Assembly: GCA_964384035.1 (NCBI GenBank)
Contig: CAYLIB010000002.1
Coordinates: 101,608-160,547 of the forward strand
DNA: 58,940 nucleotides
Origin: an uncultured Candidatus Saccharibacteria bacterium
GTDB lineage: Bacteria > Patescibacteriota > Doudnabacteria > UBA920
Direction of reading: 5' to 3'
Shown: positions 1 to 5,902 of the stretch, in pieces
Layout of the letters: every line of letters starts with the position of its first letter
How positions within the stretch are numbered: position 1 is the stretch's first letter
Notes under the pieces: generated by a model
Told to the model about the DNA's origin: nothing
The model's input: the letters and a program-made list of their open reading frames with translations, nothing else
Databases searched by the model: none
Program-made: the position numbers and the translations under genes

Positions 1-53
1 GCGTTGGTTTGCGGTACCAGAGGTCGCAGGTTCGACTCCTGCCGGGTGCACCA
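1..53 (+). tRNA. 3' portion (about positions 24-76, CCA encoded) of a tRNA-Arg(GCG)-like gene, cut by the window edge (unit A)
   Basis: Anticodon stem ttggt/accag, loop ttGCGgt, variable loop aggtc, T arm gcagg-ttcgact-cctgc, acceptor 3' strand cgggtgc, A73, CCA. The 5' part is outside the window, so intactness is unknown. Confidence 0.5.
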
Positions 54-59
54 CTAAGA

Positions 60-80
60 AACACCTAAGCGGTGTTTTTT
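60..80 (+). terminator. Hairpin plus T-run after unit A
   Basis: aacacc-taagc-ggtgtt followed by tttt. Confidence 0.6.
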
Positions 81-221
81 AGTTTGCTAGCACCAAGGGT
101 GCGAGAAAGGGGAGGCTCCATAAGGGCTTCGCCCGTTGGAGGGGACGACGCTAGTCCCGTTAATAGTCGCGTTGGTTTGCGGTACCAGAGGTCGCAGGTT
201 CGACTCCTGCCGGGTGCACCA
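81..221 (+). ncRNA. tRNA-Arg-like structured RNA, unit B: conserved 78-nt hairpin module fused to a tRNA 3' domain
   Basis: Hairpins P1 90-102 (gcacc-aag-ggtgc), P2 116-141 (ctcca...tggag) and P3 142-158 (gggac-gacgcta-gtccc). These are followed by 169-221, identical to 1-53. No canonical acceptor 5' strand or D arm is present. Confidence 0.5.
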
Positions 222-359
222 CTTCGGGCCAATCAGCCCAAGCTTTGCTTCAGATTTTCGATGCAGAAAATCTTGCGCGACGCTTTGGCTGTTGTTCCTC
301 CTCCCAAATTGCTTAACCTCCGCACGGCTTCGGCCCAAGTAATTTGGGAACCCTAAATA

Positions 360-379
360 AACACCGAAAGGTGTTTTTT
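360..379 (+). terminator. Hairpin plus T-run ending unit B
   Basis: aacacc-gaaa-ggtgtt followed by tttt; GNRA loop. Confidence 0.6.
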
Positions 380-478
380 AGTTTCCTAGCACCAAGGGTG
401 CGAGAAGGGGAAGCTTCATAAGGGCTTCGCCCGTTGAAGGGGGCGACGCTAGCCCCATATATAGCGAAGGTGTTTTTT
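380..478 (+). repeat. Unit C: truncated copy of the hairpin module, lacking the tRNA-like domain
   Basis: 380-455 aligns to 81-158 with a few substitutions. After ...atagcg it joins directly to aaggtgtttttt, the 3' half of the terminator hairpin. Confidence 0.55.
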
Positions 479-760
479 AGTTTCCTAGCACCAAGGGTGC
501 GAGAAGGGGAAGCTTCATAAGGGCTTCGCCCGTTGAAGGGGTGCTCTTGAAGGGATCAGGCTTCGCCTGGCCCTGCTCAAGTCGGCGACGCAAGTCCCAT
601 TATAGTCGCGTTGGTTTGCGGTACCAGAGTTCGCAGGTTAAGCGCGAAGGATCCGGCTTAAAAGCGAGTTCTTATGTAAGCAAGCAGGCTTTGCCTGTTG
701 CTGTAATAAGAGCGCTCCCTCTGCCGGTCCTGCTCGTGTCGACTCCTGCCGGATGCACCA
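479..760 (+). ncRNA. Unit D: hairpin module plus tRNA-Arg-like 3' domain with two extra structured insertions
   Basis: 479-541 matches the module. An extra hairpin lies at 546-581 within the 542-585 insert. 608-639 plus 740-760 reproduce the tRNA-like domain, interrupted in the T loop by about 100 nt (640-739). The 3' end is ccggatgcacca. Confidence 0.45.
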
Positions 761-765
761 TAAAA

Positions 766-800
766 AATAATACCCCTTATGCAAGGTGTATTATTTTTTT
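766..800 (+). terminator. Intrinsic terminator after unit D
   Basis: aataatacccctt-atgc-aaggtgtattatt (one mismatch) followed by ttttt. Confidence 0.65.
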
Positions 801-887
801 ATGGTTAAGACTGCAGGGGTCATTAAGGGGCTCCCAAAAGCAATAATGATCTAAATATAAAAAAAGACCGACAGTTTTATCGGTTTA

Positions 888-1679
888 TTAATCGGTTTTT
901 GCAGTCTTTGCATTCAAGCGGGCGCGGTATTCGGCGCTAGTGCGGGTCTGTTTCTTCAGTAGCCCGTCGTAGTGGTCAAGATATTCAATTACTTGCGCCT
1001 TGGTTACGTCACCATCTTCAAGCTGTTCAAATAGCTTTTTCATTGTCATGGCATTATAACCCGCAAGTGATCTGAACTTCAAGGTGACAGTCTGATTAAT
1101 TCCAGCTACCCCATTTTCTTTCTGTTTTTTCCTGTTACCACCTAGAGCCTGTTGGAGTTTTTTAATATCGACTCCGAATTGCTCTGCGGCCTGCTTAACA
1201 GTAAAGCTTTGGTTGGTTACCGCATTGCTGGCTTTAATGAGTGCTTGTCTGGCCTGTTTGGATCTCACGGTCGTAATGTACTTCCGAGTCATCCCTGGGG
1301 GTAGACCTAAAAGCTCAGCAATTCTTTTTACAGATTCCCCTCGATTAATCAAAAGGCTAACAGTATGTTCTGTATCCTGTGGGGTCGGAGGGAGTGATCC
1401 ACCCATGTTGGAGCGATAAGCTCGTGAAATCAAATCCGCTTCATCTTGAAGGTCAACTACCATAGCCGGGATCTGTTTCCGGTTTAGTAGTTCATAGGCT
1501 TCTATTCTATGTCTACCATCTATGATTATCCGATCTTTGGTTATCTCGATCGGTGGTAGTTCCATTCCGTTCTCAAGTAGTTCTGCCAGGTAAAGCGCAT
1601 GGTCTTCGTTAAGCTCCTGTCTAACAAAGAGATTCTTTTGCAGGGTTACAATATCAAACAATTCCGGTCTCTTTCTCAT
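888..1679 (-). CDS. ParB-like nuclease domain protein with C-terminal helical/HTH-like region
   Basis: N-terminal ParB/Srx-type motif IIIDGRHRIEAY. GC is higher than the backbone (28/60 in line 1201-1260). A hairpin plus T-run on the minus strand lies at 866-884. Confidence 0.7.
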   Translation of the reverse strand: MRKRPELFDIVTLQKNLFVRQELNEDHALYLAELLENGMELPPIEITKDRIIIDGRHRIEAYELLNRKQIPAMVVDLQDEADLISRAYRSNMGGSLPPTPQDTEHTVSLLINRGESVKRIAELLGLPPGMTRKYITTVRSKQARQALIKASNAVTNQSFTVKQAAEQFGVDIKKLQQALGGNRKKQKENGVAGINQTVTLKFRSLAGYNAMTMKKLFEQLEDGDVTKAQVIEYLDHYDGLLKKQTRTSAEYRARLNAKTAKTD

Positions 1680-1681
1680 TG

Positions 1682-2668
1682 CTATTTGCTCCTATTTTCT
1701 TGAAAATCATCGGTTGGGGACGTATACCTTGCGAGTAAGGATCTCCAACCAGCTCTTTTCTTGACCAATTCACTCAGTACAACATACATTCCTGGTTCAG
1801 GGTAAGTGCGTTCTTTCCATACTTCTCCCGAAAGAGAAAACGTAATCGTACCGAGTTCCTCAGACCTTGTTACCGCATAAGGTCCATGCTTGCCTCTTGG
1901 AATTATTTTCTCGACGATTGCCTGGTAACTTGGATTTTCGCCTATTTCTATCCTCCTTTCTTCGGCTATCAAAAGAAGTAATCGCAAATTTTTTGAATAC
2001 CGAATTAAGTCTAGGGTTATCTCATTAGGTATTCGCTTTAGTTCCCTTTCGGTTAAAAAAGCAAACCCGCTTTTCTCTAGTAAAGGTAGGATAGAACTCA
2101 AGAGTGGATTCCGGATTTCTGGAATTGGTTTTTCTTTACCCAGCTTAAGTTGCTCTGTTTTAAGTGGTTTGTCTGAACCAACATTCACAAAACAGGAATC
2201 GCGTAATGCTTGTTTTTGAATTTCAAGTTCTTCCCTATATTGTTTCCATGTATCTCGAATTATTTCGTGTCTCTCCTCGCTTATTCCTAACTGGCCGTTT
2301 AAGGCTTTGTATAGAGTAGAAGTGCTGGAGTACCTGAGTATCTCGAGTGCTTGGTCTGGGCTAATGACCGAATAGCCCAGCAACTCTACAAAATTTCTTC
2401 TGCCAAGTTGCATCCTTTCGAGTTCAATGATCTTATAACCAAGCATGTCCATATAGCAGATGATCTTGAAGAGATCACCTCCTGTAGGTGGAGAGTTATT
2501 TAACCACCTGGAGACAGTGGCAAGAGACACCCTACAAAAGTCTGCGACAGGTTTTTTGGCTTGCCTAGAGCCTTTTAGACCTCTTGGAGCCACCTGATTA
2601 AACCAGTTTGCGAGATGTTCAAGACACTCGTCATAGTGACCGCGCATTATTTCCGCAGTTTGTTGCAA
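1682..2668 (-). CDS. Hypothetical DNA-binding (HTH) protein
   Basis: HTH-like segment ADFCRVSLATVSRWLNN. It ends 2 nt upstream of the ParB-like gene start, so they are probably co-transcribed. Confidence 0.6.
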   Translation of the reverse strand: MQQTAEIMRGHYDECLEHLANWFNQVAPRGLKGSRQAKKPVADFCRVSLATVSRWLNNSPPTGGDLFKIICYMDMLGYKIIELERMQLGRRNFVELLGYSVISPDQALEILRYSSTSTLYKALNGQLGISEERHEIIRDTWKQYREELEIQKQALRDSCFVNVGSDKPLKTEQLKLGKEKPIPEIRNPLLSSILPLLEKSGFAFLTERELKRIPNEITLDLIRYSKNLRLLLLIAEERRIEIGENPSYQAIVEKIIPRGKHGPYAVTRSEELGTITFSLSGEVWKERTYPEPGMYVVLSELVKKRAGWRSLLARYTSPTDDFQENRSK

Positions 2669-2915
2669 ATTGATCCTCCTTTCTGAAACAGTCCCGAAGG
2701 GCAGAAATACCCGGCATACCCGGGCTAATCATAGTACCAATACCATAAGACTAGTCAACTTTGTTATGGTGTAGAATGATTTTAGTATTTGTATTTATTC
2801 GTCTTGTAGATTTTAATAAAAGTACAAAAAATTCCAGAGCGTTTCAAGCACGTAACTGCTAAAGTAAGATTTATAGTGAAGTTAATCGAAAAAAAGTAAA
2901 TACCCAATAGCTGGG

Positions 2916-3884
2916 TTATTTTTTTCTATTATGAAATCTTTTGTGGACTTCTCGAAGCTGAGTGTTTGTTATGTGTGTATAAATCTGTGTCGTGGTTATA
3001 GACGAGTGGCCCAATAATGTCTGTACGCTCCTAATATCTGCTCCATTTTGTAATAGGTCTGTAGCAAAACTATGTCTTAGGGTATGGGGTGATACTTTAT
3101 GCATGACACCCGCTAGCATGGCATATTTATGTACTACGCGTTGTACAGTTCTAGCCGTAAGTCCATTTTTCTTTCCACTCATTGCTTCCATTTGTTTGGT
3201 CACACTTTCACCTATTTGGCTATGAGCAAGAAATAACGATGGGTGGTTATCTTGTCTTTTTTTAAAATATTTTTCTAGAGCCTCTATGGCTTCCCCGGAG
3301 AAGAAAGTCAATCTAAGCTTGTCTCCTTTTCCTCTCACGGTAAATTCTCCAGTTTTAAAATTTATCATACTCTTCTTGAGGGATACTAGCTCCGATACAC
3401 GAACGCCGCTTGAAAACAAACATAGAAGTAACGCCTTATCCCTAAGTCTCAAAATTTCCTTAGGTTCTTCGTCTACCGCATTTACAATTCTTTCCAACTC
3501 CTCATTAGTTAACACAGAAACTTCTCTGCTTGGATTTTTTGCTAACTCAATTTTTTCTGGCGATAGCGTTTTAAAGTCACGCTTTATGGCATATTTTAAA
3601 AACGCCCTTACTGCAATAGTGTGATAATTCTGGGTAATTAGTTTTAATCTTTTCCCATTGTTGTCTTCAAATCGGTTGAGGAACAGTCTAAACGATCTTA
3701 TTAAATCGGCAGTGATATCACTCATTCTATTTGCCCCCTGGGCTTCCGAAAAACTTGCGAAGCGGGCTAGATAGTGATTGTAGTTATCAATTGTAAGAAC
3801 ACTGTGATTTTTTTCAATCTCACAATACTCCAGAAAATCTAAAATTAGTTTTCGTATCTCACTCTTTGTTTTAGTCTCATTCAT
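2916..3884 (-). CDS. Tyrosine recombinase, XerC/XerD/integrase family
   Basis: Catalytic signature GVRVSEL (Arg), HTLRHSFAT (H-x-x-R) and LGHSSITTTQIYTH (His/Tyr). An N-terminal SAM-like core-binding domain is present. Confidence 0.85.
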   Translation of the reverse strand: MNETKTKSEIRKLILDFLEYCEIEKNHSVLTIDNYNHYLARFASFSEAQGANRMSDITADLIRSFRLFLNRFEDNNGKRLKLITQNYHTIAVRAFLKYAIKRDFKTLSPEKIELAKNPSREVSVLTNEELERIVNAVDEEPKEILRLRDKALLLCLFSSGVRVSELVSLKKSMINFKTGEFTVRGKGDKLRLTFFSGEAIEALEKYFKKRQDNHPSLFLAHSQIGESVTKQMEAMSGKKNGLTARTVQRVVHKYAMLAGVMHKVSPHTLRHSFATDLLQNGADIRSVQTLLGHSSITTTQIYTHITNTQLREVHKRFHNRKK

Positions 3885-3907
3885 ACCAATAGTATAGTAT
3901 AGATTAC

Positions 3908-4711
3908 ATGCGCATACTTTGTATCTCTAGTAAAACTTCATACGGAGCCAAAAGGCTCACAGAGGAAGCAAAAAAGCTTGGGTTGGTTTTTCGTATACAT
4001 TCGCCTCGAGAGGTAGCGCTTAAAAAAGGTTTAGAGAAAAAATTCGACTTGTTATATGTCCGCCAAGCCTATCCAAATTTTCCTAGTGTTATAGGGCTTG
4101 CGAAAAAATTCAAAAAATTAGGAAAAACTGTTGTGGATTCTGAATGGACAGACGCAAATCTAGATGTATCTAAAACAGTTATGTACAAAAAGTTGGAGGA
4201 GGCTGGTCTACCTATACCAGAGACCAATAGTTTATCAGTTCAAGAGTGTAAGTATCCTATAATAGTAAAATGGAATTATGGATTCGGGGGTAAGCATGTT
4301 TGGCTAGTGAGGAGTAAGGCATCGTTAGAAAGAATTTTAAAGATATACCCCAGGAAAGAGTTATTAGCTCAAGAATTTATCGCGTCAGAATATGAATACA
4401 AAGTGGTTGTTATTGGATACAAAGCCCTTCCGTTCGTTGTTCGTTATAAGATAGACAAGTTCCGTCTTACAGCTGATCTAAATAAATTTAAAATATTAAA
4501 AGGCCAAGAGGCTGAGAGCTTACTGTTGCTAGCCGAACAGGCAAGTCGAGTTGTCGGCAGAGCCTTATCTAAGGTAGATATTATAGATAGTTCCGAAAGC
4601 GCCAAAATACTTGAAGTTAATAGAAGTCCAGGACTAGAACCAATAGAGCAGGCGAGTGGTGTAAATATTTTTAAAAGTTTTGTTGAATATTTATCTAGTC
4701 AAGCCGAGTAG
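3908..4711 (+). CDS. ATP-grasp family protein (RimK-like)
   Basis: Motifs YPIIVKWNYGFGGKHVWLV, EYKVVVIG and KVDIID...ILEVNRSPG, typical of RimK-type ATP-grasp ligases. Confidence 0.6.
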   Translation: MRILCISSKTSYGAKRLTEEAKKLGLVFRIHSPREVALKKGLEKKFDLLYVRQAYPNFPSVIGLAKKFKKLGKTVVDSEWTDANLDVSKTVMYKKLEEAGLPIPETNSLSVQECKYPIIVKWNYGFGGKHVWLVRSKASLERILKIYPRKELLAQEFIASEYEYKVVVIGYKALPFVVRYKIDKFRLTADLNKFKILKGQEAESLLLLAEQASRVVGRALSKVDIIDSSESAKILEVNRSPGLEPIEQASGVNIFKSFVEYLSSQAE

Positions 4712-4968
4712 AATAAAAAAACTAAATATATTATTATTCTCTTATTATTAAGTTAACGACTATATGGAAAGCTCAAGTACAAACATAACTACTCCACCAG
4801 CGACAAGTACCGAAGAAGAAAAAGAAGGTGAGTAAATCCCAAGCTAAAAAATAGAGTGGGATAAAAAACAACCCGAACCGAGTCACATTCTCAGTTCGGG
4901 TTTTTCCTTAAAAAAGGACGTGAATTGCAAACCAAACATTATAGCATAAAAATATAAAATAGTCAACT

Positions 4969-4997
4969 TTGCTTTATATTGTGGTTTTCCATATAAT
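4969..4997 (+). promoter_or_regulatory. Sigma70-like promoter for rpsO
   Basis: ttgctt, 17 nt, tataat. This would give an ~83-nt leader containing hairpin gttgcc-tagca-ggcaac at 5054-5070. Confidence 0.5.
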
Positions 4998-5086
4998 TAA
5001 GCCACTATTATTTACCACGTAGTAACTTTAAGCGGTTGCTTCGTGTAGACCCCGTTGCCTAGCAGGCAACAGAAGAAAGGAAATCA

Positions 5087-5365
5087 ATGCTTAGTAAAAA
5101 AGAGAAAGACGACATTATTCGTAAGTTCCGTACTCATAAAGACGACACCGGAAGTCCAGAAGTTCAGGTCGCTGTTCTTACCGAAGAAATAAAAAGATTA
5201 TCTGATCACTTAAAAATTCACAGAAAAGACAATCACAGCAGAAGAGGTCTTTTAAAAATGGTTGGCAACAGAAGAAGATTGCTTCGTTTCCTAAAAACTG
5301 AAGATGAAAAACGTTACATTAAAATAACAGACAAGCTAAAACTTAAGCGCGACGTTAACTCCTAA
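5087..5365 (+). CDS. rpsO: 30S ribosomal protein S15
   Basis: 92 aa. Classic S15 sequence [45 protein letters not shown]. Confidence 0.95.
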   Translation: MLSKKEKDDIIRKFRTHKDDTGSPEVQVAVLTEEIKRLSDHLKIHRKDNHSRRGLLKMVGNRRRLLRFLKTEDEKRYIKITDKLKLKRDVNS

Positions 5366-5366
5366 T

Positions 5367-5732
5367 ATGGCGCTTACACCGGAAAACCAGTCGTTTGAGA
5401 ACGAATGGCTACAAGTGGCAAAAGAGATTTGTCGCCGTATTCTAGAGTTACCCGAAATACAAAATATGCGGGAAACTCTTAAGGCGGCTGGTTTTCTTAC
5501 GGTGGAACAAAAAAGTACTTTTGTTGGTATAGCAAATAAAGTTAAATACGATGTTATCTACGAGAAATACGGAAAACCAGGTACAAATACATTTGAGCAG
5601 TTTAATGCAAGGTGGAAATGTTGGTTTAATGACAAAGATGGTGACACCGTAAGCCATTGGGGAAAGAGACTCACAAATGAAGAGCATATTATTTTCGGAT
5701 CAACTCCAGATCCAGAAGAGTTTCTTAAGTAA
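5367..5732 (+). CDS. Hypothetical protein inserted between rpsO and pnp
   Basis: 121-aa ORF. Its ATG is 1 nt after the rpsO stop. No motif recognised. Confidence 0.5.
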   Translation: MALTPENQSFENEWLQVAKEICRRILELPEIQNMRETLKAAGFLTVEQKSTFVGIANKVKYDVIYEKYGKPGTNTFEQFNARWKCWFNDKDGDTVSHWGKRLTNEEHIIFGSTPDPEEFLK

Positions 5733-5735
5733 ATG

Positions 5736-5815
5736 AATAAAGAATAAGGAATAGTGAATGAAGTATTTAAGTTAATTTTTCTCTATTCTTCATTCATAAT
5801 TCTTTATTCTTAATT
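5736..5815 (+). promoter_or_regulatory. Long AT-rich imperfect hairpin upstream of pnp (terminator and/or RNase III-type leader structure)
   Basis: 5736-5763 pairs with 5788-5815 (about 26 of 28 positions, counting 2 G-U pairs). The loop is 24 nt and tttt follows. Confidence 0.5.
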
Positions 5816-5902
5816 TTCCGCTTTGTGTATAGATAGAACGATGTGCAAAGTATTGCCATTGTAAATCTGTACATCATTCGGAAATAAAAAGGAAAATTAA
5901 AA

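Noticed and set aside
1-760. tmRNA (including two-piece or permuted tmRNA) as the explanation for the tRNA-like 3' ends
   Set aside because: The acceptor end is cgggtgc-A-CCA (Arg-like), not the GGG...UCC-A-CCA alanine-type stem with G3-U70. A clear anticodon arm is present, and no tag-peptide reading frame ending in ...ALAA-stop was seen.
72-846. ORFs 72..356(+), 87..338(-), 136..342(+) and 541..846(+) over the first 850 nt
   Set aside because: They run straight through repeated hairpin/tRNA-like units and terminator hairpins. Several frames are open simultaneously because the DNA is GC-rich. None has an SD or a plausible protein sequence. The region is better explained as structured RNA.
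2751-2762. Recurring tagtcaa(c) motif in intergenic regions (about 2751, 4961, 28906 and 42354) as a possible regulator site
   Set aside because: A 7-8-mer is expected several times by chance in 59 kb. Its spacing to -10 boxes is inconsistent, and its orientation relative to downstream genes differs.
3885-3907. Right-hand att site (tRNA-Arg 3' fragment) next to the recombinase gene
   Set aside because: The 23-nt spacer (accaatagtatagtatagattac) and the following intergenic regions up to 5086 show no similarity to ggttcgactcctgccgggtgcacca. The element boundary therefore remains undefined.
5781-5795. 15-mer ctctattcttcattc shared by the pnp leader (5781-5795) and the glyA leader (30881-30895)
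   Set aside because: For about 59 kb of AT-rich, low-complexity sequence, one chance 15-mer coincidence is roughly expected. There is no extended similarity around it.
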